In this document: positions 40,101 through 53,403 of the stretch, piece after piece
Layout of the letters: each line of letters opens with the position of its first letter
Numbering within the stretch: position 1 is the first letter of the stretch
Assembly (NCBI RefSeq): GCF_000150275.1
Contig: NW_002060966.1
Coordinates: 324,415-388,414 of the forward strand
DNA length: 64,000 nt
Direction: 5' to 3'
Source of the DNA: Trichoplax adhaerens
Taxonomy: Eukaryota; Animalia; Placozoa
Made by a program: the position numbers and the translations under genes
Notes under the pieces: generated by a model
Databases searched by the model: none
What the model saw: only the letters and a program-made list of their open reading frames with translations
What the model was told of the DNA's origin: nothing

Positions 40101-43100
40101 ATTGCTTCTATGGCGATTAATGGCCCTTTTAAAGTACAAGATGGTATATCTTAATGCAATAAAATTACTTGAAGATTAATGACAATGTTATGCAGAATTG
40201 TACGCTTTATTTATTACACAAACAAACTAGTGGTTGCTAATCTACTTCAATTACCTTGCTTTCTTAAGTTAAAATAACGTGATGTCAGATAGTTAACGAA
40301 ACTGACATTAATCACCAGTGCATGGAAAGTAGTTCTTGCTGCCATTTCCGATAATGTAACAAATGTAATGATTCACTGTGGTATAATCAAGTGCATAGCC
40401 TGTCACTGAGGATATGTTGATACTGTTGCGATATCTCTTATTCAGTTTATCATGTTCAGTAGAATTGCATGCATTATGCATCATGGCAGCTCATATCAAC
40501 AAGCTGCTTTACTGCAGAATAAGTAATGCAGTACGAATCATGTGGTTGCAAAACCTATGAAACTAATTTACTTGCAGTTAATACAGAATACATTACCTAA
40601 ATCTTACCAAGATCAAGCCTGCCGTTTTTTAATACAATTTTTTTATTGCGTGAAATCATTTTACTGTGTATTGACCATTTCCTGCTCGATTCATTTTGCA
40701 GAAACACCATTAATCAATTTTGACGCGGGTAAGCAATAGAACTTGATGCATTTAAGGCTATATTTAGTGAAGCAGATCTTGCTATTTCCGTGTACAACTT
40801 GTAATTTTATTAAATTAAAACGTTGAACTGTTCTACGGCATTTCTAGTTCATCGATATTTACGCTTGCAATAACAGAAGTATTAATATTATGCACTTCTT
40901 TAAACACCTTCGTCTACATTTTAGAAGGTGACGATAGTAAGAAGCTCCGATTTATCGGCCAGGATAATGACGAAATGCTTGTCAATATTCCGTCATCCGT
41001 TTCTGTTGTAAATTTTCTGGAAGAAGTTACTAAAGCGACTATTGGTTAGCTCTATTTGTATTTAACTGAAGCAATACTAAATGAAGGATGAATAATAAAT
41101 AGAAATTTAGTTTCAAGTTTAGTTTGACGCCTTAATGAATTGTAATTATACTGTTGTCTTCTAGTATCGCAAACTACTTTAGGCAGTTCTCAAAGTTCAT
41201 CCAAATGGATTCGATCGTACTTGCTTACAATCAAAGAAAGTCAACCTGAATCTGCAGCTACAAACTCTGCAGGTATAAATATCTATTGTAAAATTTACAG
41301 AGAACAGAAATGGACCTATTTTTAGCTCGTTCAATATCGAAGCTTAATGTGTAATTGATTATTTCATTTGTAGTTTCAATCAATACGTTTGATCCCGGTA
41401 GCAGTCAAGATGAATTACTAATAGTTTTATCTGGAGCTAGTTCTGAAACTAGCTCGCTTGCTTCCACTGTTAACGAAACTGAAAGCCTGATTGGCCCCAA
41501 TGAAAGCACGGCTCGAAAAGTTTTGCAATCCGATTTTCCAGCTGGTGTTCAGGATAACTACGCAGAATCAGCATTGTTAAGAGATCCTCGAATAGGGCTT
41601 CGGATGCAAGAGTATGAAGATCAATATACAGCTTATGAAAGAATAAGGTAAGATAAAAATGTCTCAACATAATACCTCTGTTATACTTTGGTAACGTAAT
41701 GCATGATTTATACTTAGGGTTACAGCTTGCACATGGAATGTCAATGGACAGCTGACTTCGGAAGACATTTCTGAGTGGCTAAGGAAAGAAGACGGCAATT
41801 CAGATATTATTGCTATTGGGTATATGAAAATTTTATTGTTTGTATTTTGTAATCAGAATAATTTTTTCCTATAAAGAAACAATCACCAATTTTGATGTTA
41901 CGTTTAATTAGTGTTTTCATAACCATTAAATTTTTTATGACTGTGAGAAGCGGAATAATAGTTATAATCTTGCTAATGTTTTGAAAGTGATGTACGTGTA
42001 TTTCATGATGCAGTTTCCAAGAACTTGATCTTAGTGCCGAAGCTTTGCTACAATTAAAAGAATCGAGTAGAGCTGAGGAATGGGTGAAAATTGTTGACAA
42101 GCATTTGCCTATCGACATGTGCAAGGTTTGTTGGACAGAATTTAGCACGGTAGGTTAATTAATTATAATATTCATAACATTATCGATTTTCTTCTTGCCG
42201 TCAGGTACGAGGTATAAGATTAGTGGGAATGTTACTATTAGTATATGCAAAATCCAATCTTCGAGAATTTATAACTGAAATTCATGCTGATCACGTTGGT
42301 ACCGGCATCATGGGAATGATGGTTTGTATCTATCATTAATAGGAAATGTTAAAATCTTTAGTATGTGTTAATGTCCGGTCTCAAGTAATATTCTAAAGAA
42401 GTTTTTGTGTTTAAATGCAACTACAAATATGCATAGAAACTAGTTAAAGCTGTAATCATACATTTACCAGGACACATTTACAGCCTAACTTACGAAGTTA
42501 TCAAATTAGGGTAATAAAGGAGGTGTAGCAGTACGATTTAAGTTGCACCTTACTACAATGTGCTTTGTCAATTCTCATCTTGCTGCTCACGCTGAGGAAA
42601 TTGAGAAACGTAATCAAGATTTTAAAGAAGTCAGTTCTAAACTTTTTAGTCGCTCAAGTCAGCCTCTCTCGGTTCTAGATCATGAGTATGCATATCAATA
42701 ATATAATGAATTGTTAATTTAATGACCACATGTCATATTCAGATTGATGTTTGCAAACTTAAAATTTGAAACTTTTTAATAAATGTGTGATTCCTTTATT
42801 ATTAGGACCACGTTCTGGTTTGGAGATTTAAATTATCGAATAGCGGGAAATGAAGCTATAGTTAAGGATATGATTAAAAGCGGACTTTTAGATGATCTCT
42901 TCAAGTTCGATCAGGTATAAGCGTTAAGCTACCAAATAATTTGCATGTGTTGAAAATAAATCAATAACCAATTGTGCAGCAATGCATGGAGCAATAACAG
43001 CTATGCCTTTATAGCTTAATTTAAAGATGCATTATTGATACGTGTAGTCTTTTTTCCAGTATAGTATATTTTTGAAATTTAATAATGTTTTACGCGTATT

Positions 43101-45505
43101 TGCAACGTTAGCTTAACCAACAAATGAGCCAGCGAAAAGTTTTCCAAAACTTTATAGAAGGTCCAATAAAATTCATTCCAACATATAAGTATGACCCTGG
43201 TACTAATAATTGGGATACAAGGTGAACCACGTACACTTTATTTGTTATAGCTAACCGAGCCGAAACAGTTATTTACTGTTTTTACTTAATAAAAATATTT
43301 ACAGTGAAAAGTGTCGAGCTCCTGCTTGGTGCGATCGCATTTTATGGAAAGCTACAAACGTTCTCTTTGTCGATTATCGCAGTCATCCGTCTTTGAAATG
43401 TAGCGATCATAAGCCAGTGTCTGCAAGTTTTAACGTATTTGTTAGTAAACTATGATATTAGCTCGTTTCTTATATGCACGTAACTAGAATTAGTGTTTCT
43501 GTAGATATTGAGTTTGCATACCTGCCCTATTATCTAGATTAAAGTCATTAATAAAGAAAAGCAGCAAGAAATCCTACATGATGTTATTCGAGATTTAGAT
43601 AAAAATGAAAATGAACATTTACCTCAGATTTCGCTTAGCCAACAAGAAGTAAATATACGATCACGTACTCATTGAACTCTTATGTAAGGTGATAGGTTCG
43701 TTCATAATTAATTTTTCGTAATTCCCTTTTACCACTTTCAGTTCAATTTCGGCGATATAAAATATAATGTCTCAAAGACTGAAACGTTGAATGTTGTCAA
43801 CACTGGAAAGGTAATAATACTGACCACCATAGCTTATTAGTTCGTAATTTTTTTTATAGCAGAAACTTAATTAGTGGTTACGAACCGTATATTAATCAAT
43901 TGCCAAAGTTTTTTAACACCTGTATGCGATTATATAGATTCCTATAAGGTACTCTTTTAACCCTAAGCCTGGCGAGTCAAACCATTGCAAACCATGGTTA
44001 GAAATTAAGCCTGCATCTGGAAACATCATGAAAGGTAATCTAGATATTTAATGGCATTAAATAAGGCATTCCCTAACTTGTCCATTTTATGAGCGATATC
44101 GGTTTTAAAATGTAGGTAAATCGGCCGAAATAAGTTTGATCATGAAAGTAACTAGTGAAACTGCCACAAAGTTAAATACTGGTGAAGATAAATTAGAAGA
44201 CATTTTGATTTTACACCTCGACGACGGAAAAGAGCATTTTGTATGTATTGTACTACGATTGTCTTTCTAGGCAATTTGATGTTACGATCTAAAAGTATTC
44301 ATTCTAAATTAGGTATCCATTACGGGTAACTATCTACCTAGTTGTTTTGGTGTTGCAATTGAGACATTAGTGTACATACCTGGCGGTATACGCGAGATTC
44401 CTATAAGTGACTTATTGGATTCGGTAAGTGGGTATCATTTTTAAATTATATAAAAATCCTTAATAATATTTTGTACTATATTTCTTCCTTAAAATTCGAA
44501 AGCCTGATGGGAAGACGGTAGATAAACTTAATACAAAGCAAATGTTTGAAAAGATTGCTCATCCAGACAGAAATGTAACTCCATTAGAAATTCCTAAAGA
44601 ATTATGGCTACTGATGGATTATTTAAATGTGTATTGCACGGAAAAAGTAAGGCTATTAACGGTGCAACATAGGCAATTATTTGTATCCGTAAATTTAGAT
44701 TGTATTGTATCTAAGTTATTTTTACTGATAAAAACACATTTACATAGGAAGGAATATTTACCGAAACGGGTTTAGAAACTGAAATGATGCATGTTCGTGA
44801 TGCAATGGATACTCTTTCGTTTCCTCAAGATGAAAGTATCCATTTCTCAAACTCGGCAACTTGCATATTTGTTAAAATTCGATCCAGTTGTAATGTTATT
44901 ATCGTAATTGTAATATGATGTTATGTAGAATCCTTTACATTACGAAAGAATTTAGCGCATTTTCAGTAGCAAATTGCTTGCTCGAATTCCTGGATGCATT
45001 TCCACAGCCGGTGATCCCACATTCCTTCTTTCAGAAATGCATAGATAACTGTAACAACTTTATAGCATGTAAACAGGTAGTAGCCGCAATTCAAATCGAA
45101 CTCTAACAACTGTTTAAATATTAGACTATCGTTTTAATGTACCGAATACGTAATTCTTGCAGATACTACAACAAATACCCACAAGTCATCGTAATACCTT
45201 TAAATACGTATGTGCCTTCTTGCGCAAGTTGCTATTGAAAATAGGCAAGAATAAGCTTGATGCCAAAACTTTAGGTACTAATACCGACAAGGTTTATTTT
45301 GACTGCCTATTTGTGAATTACGAATGCATCTTCTGATATATATATCATACTAAAATATTCGCATTTTATAGCAACGATATTCGGTGAAATTTTATTAAAA
45401 CCTATTATAAGAAAGAAACAAATCTCAAGTAGGGCGTTAGAACAAATGAAGAGAAGGAGAGTAGTATTTGTGTGCCAATTTTTGACTCACGAATACGATG
45501 AATGA
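37166..45505 (+). CDS. OCRL: Inositol polyphosphate 5-phosphatase, OCRL/INPP5B family (PH - 5-phosphatase - ASH - RhoGAP-like), ~24 exons
   Basis: Catalytic motifs are spread over consecutive exons: [78 protein letters not shown] and SDHKPVS. The ASH domain includes [17 protein letters not shown], and the RhoGAP-like domain includes [12 protein letters not shown] and [19 protein letters not shown]. The stop TGA is at 45503-45505. The acidic C-terminus (EYDE) lacks a CAAX box, as in OCRL. The N-terminal exons 37166-37228, 39284-39375, 40058-40143, 40702-40728 and 40925-41044 are less certain than the core. Confidence 0.93.
37229..39283 (+). other. U12-type (minor spliceosome) intron 1 of OCRL, probable AT-AA termini
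   Basis: The 5' site is ATATCCTT at 37229 and the branch site TTCCTTGAC is at 39266-39274. The reading frame of exon 2 requires a cut after ctctaa (39283). Confidence 0.7.
44836..44948 (+). other. U12-type GT-AG intron in the OCRL RhoGAP region
   Basis: The 5' site is GTATCCATT and the branch site TCCTTTAC (44931-44938) lies 10 nt before the intron end, with no polypyrimidine tract. Splicing joins ...[14 protein letters not shown] in frame. Confidence 0.78.
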
Positions 45506-47062
45506 AAACATTTCTAAAATATTGTTTATATTATGCGTGTAACATTTATCCATTTTTGACTAAATATTGTCTTGAAATATAAATCCCTTGTATAGTAGTT
45601 TACAGTATGCTAATACATTACTTGGTCGTGAAAATTTAAGATGTATTCAGGCTCCGATTCATCAGTTACTCAAAGGTTTCGATAAAAACTTGGTGTAGTG
45701 TTTTAATATTACCTATCCTAAAAATTATTTTTACCATTCTTTACAAATTTGACTGATGAGTTGTTATTCATTTTATATTTTCCCGTACTATTGCAAATCG
45801 CAGTGACAGATGCATATTTGAAATTACTTCGATAGTGTTCCTGTTATTTACGGTTCATAAGTGTAAACCTTTTCACATGGTAAATACCTCAGACCTTTCT
45901 CTGTTTAAAGCTTAGTACTAAATTAGTCAATCAGCTTATTTCACCGGATTTTTGCACCTAAGATAATTATACTGTTTTATTAATTAATTATGCTAAGAGC
46001 TGTACTACTTTCTTGACATCATTTCGTTTATACAGTATATGGAATTATAATTTATGTGAGTAGTTAAGGTTAAATAATTTAAATTAGTGATTACTAGCTC
46101 AGAAAGATATTACTATAGTTATGCTAATCGCGCAAGTATGAAAATGATCTTGTCGTAATCCGTTTTTAATTAATCCTGTTTAGTTCCTTTGTGTTTATCT
46201 GAGAGATGAGCCTGTTAACATTGTACATTTGGTACTAATGCCAACGTTATTTGACATTATGTCGTAGTTTTTCTTATTGCCATTGCTAAAATACTACAGT
46301 AGCTTTTAATTAGTCGAGATAAGTATATTATTAAAAACTGTGTACAAACTAAATAGTAGCGGTAATTTAGTCTGGAGGTGTTGTTCTTAAGAGCACGGAC
46401 AACCCAATAAACATGTGGGGTTATATTTGTAAGGAATAAATGATGACAGGTTTTTCATGGTTGCAATGAAAATATTGTAGCGGTAATAGTTAGCAAGGTC
46501 TTGTAGCTTAGTCAACTTGTTTTATTTCCTTTATATGCTTGTGCTGATAACGTTAGTAATGAATGCGTAGAATAAACTTCTATTTTTCTAATTTTGATCT
46601 GATTATAGGGATAAATGTATCATTAGTCACTCAAATGTAACTAACAAGAGTTGCCGTTGGAGTGGGTTGTCATAGCACGAACCACAGTGAAGAGTAAATA
46701 ACTAAATTTAGTGGTTAGCATTTATTTATGGAAATAACTAATAATGACTTACAGTAAGAACTACAGTAGTTATCATTTTGTTAAAGTAAATTGTGCTTTT
46801 CTGTAGTTGGAGTTCACATACGGTAACCAATGTTAATTGATTATAGCGTTATGTCTTGTAACGCTTGTGATAATATCCTGAAGATATTCAGTTATAGATG
46901 ATATTATAAATAATTCTGTGCATAGACATACTGTAATCTAATTATCTATAATCGTTCAGTAGATATCTAAGATTATGAATAATTTTCCGTATTAATTTAG
47001 CTGTCCAATATGAACTAAATTTTATGAACTATTATGACTCATGCATGATAGCAGCTGCCGAA

Positions 47063-47230
47063 GGGTATATAAGCTATGTAGATAGTTAAATAAAAGAAGA
47101 GTTCTATAGTTGTTTAACGTAGAAGCAAAGGCGTTTATATTCTTGTGAGATAGTTAAGGGATACTGAATCCCGGAGACTATATTAATTTAGAGATTTGTT
47201 TTACGTTATCTTCGTCATGAAGCTGGTTTG
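47063..47230 (+). repeat. ~170-bp direct repeat, copy A (left of GNAT array)
   Basis: Matches 62494-62661 (gtttaacgtagaa.caaaggcgt.ta.attcttgtgag...gggatactgaat.ccg.agactata.taatttagagattt.ttttacgttatc...agctggtttgt). Confidence 0.85.
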
Positions 47231-48040
47231 TAACTATGCGTTTTGCAGTACGATCGATTTAATAAGGAACAAAAATGACAGCTGGAAAAACTATGAAATT
47301 TTATATATTCTACTTCTACACGATTGTTTGTTAGTTTTATATCGTTATGTTATCGATCATTATGGCTTAATATGACCAATTGAAAACAATACAGAATGTA
47401 ATATTTACTTTATCCAACCACGAATTTTATTTTTCTTTTCCGAAAATAAAATATTACATATAAGATCAGTCATATCTTGTTATTTATCATTAATTATGGT
47501 TTAAGTATATTAATAAAATAAACTGGCACTTATTGCAATCCTAATGGTAATAGCGGATAGTAGATCATCAAATGTCGTAATTTTACTAAGTACCATAATT
47601 CCGACAAGTATTACCTTTCCCTGTAGATTTTAATTACGGAATTATAATAATGCTCTGTACTTCACAGTAGACCTAATCTTAGATCAACATATTCCATGTT
47701 TATACGAGATGGTTAAATAATTAGGTGTGAAAATTAAAAAACATTGGCAAATTGTTAATTTACAATCATCAGTTAGTAAATACAGTTTTATTAACAATTT
47801 AACGGCGAATCTAATAGAATCGCTTTAAAAAATTTCGCTTCAACAGCAATCCAATAGCTATCGATATTAAAATATAGAAGATAAACCTTGAATTGCTGCT
47901 ATCATGATTACTATAAATGTAAATAGGGCTACTTTAATAAATAGGAATAGTTCCCTGTCACCAAAACCTATCGTCATTGGTGTGTAAGTATCCTGCACTA
48001 AGTATAGGTAAAGTTACGAACCTGAACTACCTTATAGGCT

Positions 48041-48820
48041 TTAATAATATCTTAGATTATAATTATAATTACTGGTTGCTGGCGTATATTTCCTTAAAAA
48101 TAAAGATACTTCCCGATAGCTCTGGTTATAGAGTTGGCTAAAGATGTTTTTATTTTGGTAGCTGTAATCACGAATATCAATAGTACGAATTTTCTTCCAA
48201 TCAGGCATACGTTCAACATTTCTTGTTAACGCCGGATGGTATAAAACAGAACAGACATGGCTATAACCTTGACGTTGTCCTAGACTTTGTAGCAATAATA
48301 GTAGCATTAAGCTAATACATTTACCGCGGTACTGTGAAGAAACACATGTACCATCGATATAAAGGATATGATTAGGGTCATCATAGTCTTTCGCAGAGAA
48401 GTTTTCAAGCAATAGACGTGTTATATCCATGATAGGGGCAACCTTTTTTCCATACAAGTCCTCCAAGTCTGTACATACTTCAGCTATGGCTGTGCTAAAT
48501 AAATAAGCTCCAGTAACACCGGCCACGTCCCCATCACTACTTTTAGCGACTATGGCAACATTATTTTTTACTGCTTCATTGAAGCGTGATAATGCTACAG
48601 GTTGATAATCTTCTTTACTTAAACTTATGGCTTTAAAAAACATGTTTTCTTGACTATAGGTATGAGCCAAAATTTCTGCAGCTTGTACAGTATCGGATGC
48701 TTCCATTAGTTGATATTTTATATCGTGTTTAGGATCGAAAATTTCCGTTAAATTCTCATCGTGAAATGTTTTAGCTAATGAAAAGCACCATTGGACATGA
48801 TTATGAGAATTAGCCGACAT
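48041..48820 (-). CDS. GNAT-fold N-acetyltransferase-like protein, copy 1 (intronless, 259 aa)
   Basis: Contains GNAT motif A (IDGTCVSSQYRGKCIS) and the strand pair AIVAKSSDGDVAGV. It is clearly paralogous to the neighbouring copies. The first ATG is at 48820; the ORF-track start at 48826 is a TTG. Confidence 0.85.
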   Translation of the reverse strand: MSANSHNHVQWCFSLAKTFHDENLTEIFDPKHDIKYQLMEASDTVQAAEILAHTYSQENMFFKAISLSKEDYQPVALSRFNEAVKNNVAIVAKSSDGDVAGVTGAYLFSTAIAEVCTDLEDLYGKKVAPIMDITRLLLENFSAKDYDDPNHILYIDGTCVSSQYRGKCISLMLLLLLQSLGQRQGYSHVCSVLYHPALTRNVERMPDWKKIRTIDIRDYSYQNKNIFSQLYNQSYREVSLFLRKYTPATSNYNYNLRYY

Positions 48821-49052
48821 CTTCAAATAAAGAGAGATGAGAAGAATATAATAATGCAGTCCAGCTAGTCAGAAATATTCAAATTTAAATTTCAGTTGAT
48901 AACATACATATAATGTATATCATCCAGATGACTTAAGTACATCATTTATTATCGAGTAGTAAGTTGCTTATTGGGAAATTTGAACTTACTAACTCTATCG
49001 CGGACAAATAAAACGAACTTAAGAATAATAATTGATATGTTGAGATGGTTTT

Positions 49053-49060
49053 CACGTGAT
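49053..49060. promoter_or_regulatory. E-box CACGTGAT upstream of GNAT copy 1
   Basis: The context is TTCACGTGAT, 233 bp upstream of the ATG. The position is conserved in the paralogs. Confidence 0.7.
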
Positions 49061-52000
49061 GTCTGGCTATGCCCCTTAGTTTATTATTCATTGTCTACTT
49101 TTCTTTAACTGGTATAGTGATTGAATGGCCAATATGAGAGACCTATAACCATATGTTTTAAATTTAATGCATTTAATTTGTATAATTATGTTATAAGAGT
49201 ATAATCGATTCTTTAAGATCTGTCTTGACGTAGGATTTGTGTGGATACAGTTTACAGATCTTGCACTTTAATTTCTTAAATGATAAACTACTTTGCATTA
49301 CCCAAGTAAATATTTTACGATTAGGCTGCATTTTATTCCTACTATTAATTGCGATAGAGTGCTTACTCAGCATTACTAAGGTGTTGCTATTCTTATTATT
49401 GAAAGAAAGAAAAGTTTCTGTACATAAGAGATTGTCGTTATGAAGTAAAAAGTAGTTGTAGCCGTAGCTCTAGGTTTATGTTGATATAGCAAAGTTGTTC
49501 ACATTCAACAAAATATCTTATAATATGTATATATAGTAATAGTGTAGTAATTACAATATTAGTACAGAAAGGCGTATGGAAGAGTACAGTAGCTTAAAAT
49601 AATGGCAAGCGATTGAATATATTTACTAGATTAAAGAAGAAAAATATAGGTAAAGTTAAAATTATGTTACTTTACACGCCATTAATCTTTTCATTACTGA
49701 TCGAATAGAAGAGGAATAGGCACTATTCTTATAAATATGGCCGATTGATTTCATGCAGTTTCAGATCCCATTTTAATATTGATATCTACTGATAGAGCGC
49801 TAGCTTGCATTTATTTCATATCTAGATTATTTTTGTCCTCTGTGCAATGATCTCTCTCGCATGTAAAATTGGTCAATCTATTAGAAAGAAGAGTTCTGTG
49901 AGAAAGTTATTAGGTGCTTATGATTTTATGCTACCACATAGGACGATAGATATTCGAAATTAGTACTTAAACTTTCTAGAAATATAATTTCTAATCATAA
50001 TGATTGTCGAATTGGCATTATAATTAGCCACCAAGAATAACGATCGTAACCATAGTTATTTAAATTTAGTTTATTTAACTGATGCACGAAGTATACTCTT
50101 TATTCGTTAAATCTTTGTCAATTTCAACATTTGAATAGCATAGCTTATTGACCTTGCAATAATTACAATTGGGTTAATTGTTGTCTTGAATGCCCTAGTA
50201 GACAATTTGGAGTTAAATAACTCGTTATTCTTACACATACTTAAAAAGACTTAATATACTCTTGGAGCTGTCATTATATTAAATGTGCACCAAAGAACGT
50301 ATTAAGTTTTGTAATTTATAGTAATATTGAAGTAAATTTTTAAGGTACCGTATTAGTGAAGGTTAGAGATCTTGTTTATATCATATTTGGCCAGAATATG
50401 TTATATGTCATATTCCAAGAATACATTGATGAATTGCCATCTTTCAAGCTAGCAATAAACAAAATCAAGTAAACTCATCTTTAATAGCACTAATATTCAG
50501 TAACGTACAAAAGAGACTTTTTAGTAAACACGTATGCACATTGTAATAATGAAGTAATTTTAAGAGGTACTGCTTTCATGCTTCATTTTTGGCCACTAAA
50601 TTTGATTTAAACTTGCGTATATTGCATTATGGACCTGAATCAGAGAATAAAAATCTAGGCTTTGCGATTGTTTACTAATAGTATCCGTTGTTTATGATGT
50701 TATACTGAACTAATTTAAAGAGCTAGCATTCGTTTTTGTAAACATACTGATAAATTGATGTCGCCAACGATGCCTACCTAATTAAAAGAACTACATATTA
50801 ATTTGTGTCAAATATTGATTATGGAACTAGATTTCATATAATTTTCAATTATATAGTTCAAGGTTAAAATGTATCAATCTGACATATAGCGATGCATAGC
50901 AGATCGTCAAGCATAATTTTAGATAGTTAATAATTAAGATCTTAAAATTGTTAGAAGCGTATCAATTATCCATTTGAAGGAACTTATAACTTAAAATGCT
51001 CGCAATTCTTTAATTTGAATCTTACGTATTACACAAGGCCAACTAGAGAGCTTTAATGAAGCCAATTTGTCCACAATAGACAGCGAAGTATGCATTGTAC
51101 AACATTTATGTCTGGTGGTTCACTCAATAACGTTTTGCGATAGATTAGTTATGACTAAAGATTGGATCAATCGATAAGAGAGAACTTACTAGCTATTATG
51201 GAGGTTCATACATGATGCTTTCGTAGTAAGATAGGCTTTTCATTGCATTATTTTTGGAAAAAGACAGAAAATAACTTCTTTAACCGTTGCTGAAAAACAA
51301 CTGAGCTGTTGCGGAAGTAGCGATAAAAATGAGATAGACAACACTAGCAATTACAAGCTATATATGAAATAGAAATCAATTATATTAACACCTTATTGTC
51401 GATCATATCGCACATAAGGCATATTCAGTAATTAGAACGTACCAAATAGACCCTGCCATAATAGCTCCCTGCTAAGCATGCATAGCTGTGGGTTATTTAT
51501 ACAATAAATTGAAACAATCTATGTCAACAGAATCTAGCCTATGTCGAGATAAACTATTTTAACGCCATAATAACGAGTACTTCAACTTTCAATAAAGTCT
51601 AATGTTATATCTGTAATTGATTGCTCTACCTAATTTACAATTGAAGTATCGTAGGAAAATGGTCATGATCGATAGTGTCAACATCATCTAGAAATAAATA
51701 GCTACCTTTTCGATCTTACAAAATAAAGTGCAACTTTGAATCACTGTTGCATAACGCAAAAATTGAAAGCTATTTTCGATTCTGTGCTCCTTGAGGCGAA
51801 AACTATCAACTGCATTGTCTATTTGATGGTTAATACTTTAATACAATCTAATATATAGCGATACTCTCCACACAGAAAAATAGAAACTGCTCATAATCGC
51901 TGTCCTGATATTGCTTTTGAAGACTTTCATAGTAAATAATTTTTAATTTGGAATGATTTAGTTTTTGGGTATGTTGGATTATATAACGGTAATGATCACA

Positions 52001-52408
52001 AAATCGCTAACTGAAGCAATCATGCTAACCAATTATTCTTGGCTGGTTTGGATGAAATACCGCTTATTTAAGATACGGTCGTTCTTTTTTAAAGGGTTGT
52101 ATAGCAATAATGATTTACAAGCCTTCTAAGCCATTTTTACAACATTTATTTTATAAAATATCTTATAATACATGTATATACCATGCATCAGCAATCAATT
52201 GGGGTATCCTAGTTTAATTATTCATTCATAATATCAAAATTTCCTTACAAAATGCTTTATTGAATTCAGGTAACTTGTAGACAAACTCATCAGATATACA
52301 TCTTGTATCAATCTTTTTCGATTCGATAAATATTTTGAACAAGAAAGTTGCTCGTTGTTTTACAACCCTTCATAAAGGTTAATCTATAGTTACCATTCTT
52401 AGCTAGTG

Positions 52409-53158
52409 CTATATCTTACTTGGTATAAATTTCTTAATGAACAGAGTAACATCACGATAGCCTTGATTATACAGTGGAGCAAATATTTTTTCATTTCGGT
52501 AGCTATAATTGTTAACATTGACACTAGAGATTTTCTTCCAACCAGGCATATGTTCTACGTTTCTTGCCAAAGCTGGATGATATGCGATAGAACATACATG
52601 AGTAAAACTGCGACGCTGACAGATACTCTGCAATAGTAACGATAGCATCAGGCTGATGCCCTTGCCACGGTACTGAGATAAAGCACATGTATCATCTATA
52701 TAAATGATACGACTGGGATCATCGTAATCTTTGACTGAAAAATTTTGAAACAAAATGCGACTCATATCCATGATAGGGGCTACTTTTTTTCCATAGTACT
52801 CTTCCAAGTTTACCTTGACTTCAGCTATAGCTGTATCTACTAAGTAAGCTCCACTAGCGCCGACCAAAACTCCATCTCTAGTTTTAGCGACCATTCCCAT
52901 ATTATCTTCCATTGCCTGTTTATAGCTTAATAATGCGCTAGGTAGATAATCTGCTTTACTCACACCCATTAATTTGAAAAACATATTATCTTGGCTATAA
53001 GCTTGTGACATAATCTCTGCAGCTTGCTGGATGTCCCAAGGCTTCATCATTTGATATTTAATATCATTTTTCGGATCGTAAATTTCCGTTAGATTCTCAT
53101 CATGGAATTTTTTAGCTAGTGATAAACTCCATTGCACATTATCTTGATAGCCTGTCAT
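52409..53158 (-). CDS. GNAT-fold N-acetyltransferase-like protein, copy 2 (intronless, 249 aa)
   Basis: Motif A is IDDTCALSQYRGKGIS. It is closely similar to copy 1 over its full length. Confidence 0.87.
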   Translation of the reverse strand: MTGYQDNVQWSLSLAKKFHDENLTEIYDPKNDIKYQMMKPWDIQQAAEIMSQAYSQDNMFFKLMGVSKADYLPSALLSYKQAMEDNMGMVAKTRDGVLVGASGAYLVDTAIAEVKVNLEEYYGKKVAPIMDMSRILFQNFSVKDYDDPSRIIYIDDTCALSQYRGKGISLMLSLLLQSICQRRSFTHVCSIAYHPALARNVEHMPGWKKISSVNVNNYSYRNEKIFAPLYNQGYRDVTLFIKKFIPSKI

Positions 53159-53393
53159 AGTTCGATAAGGATTATAAACGTATGATGATGGTATTCCGTT
53201 AGATAGGATTTATTCCTTGGTCGATAACGAATAAATTTTGATAATAATCTAATAGTTTGAACCCTCCATAAGATCAGTCAACAAGAAATTTAGTCAAAGC
53301 ACACTTGTATTAGCATTAAGCAGTTTGGAAATTTATGCTGTTGGTACGTGATTGAATAATAATATAGAGATAATGATCGTTTACTTTGATAAC

Positions 53394-53403
53394 ATCACGT
53401 GAT
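53394..53403. promoter_or_regulatory. Palindromic E-box ATCACGTGAT upstream of GNAT copy 2
   Basis: The core lies 238 bp upstream of the ATG. A second near-site, TACGTGAT, is at 53345-53352. Confidence 0.7.

Noticed and set aside
44313-44501. GTATCCATT at an OCRL exon start plus TTCCTTAAA before the next acceptor, suggesting a U12/U2 twintron
   Set aside because: GTATCCATT is explained by the codons V-S-I, and the intervening intron has a normal GTAAGT donor. There is no independent support.
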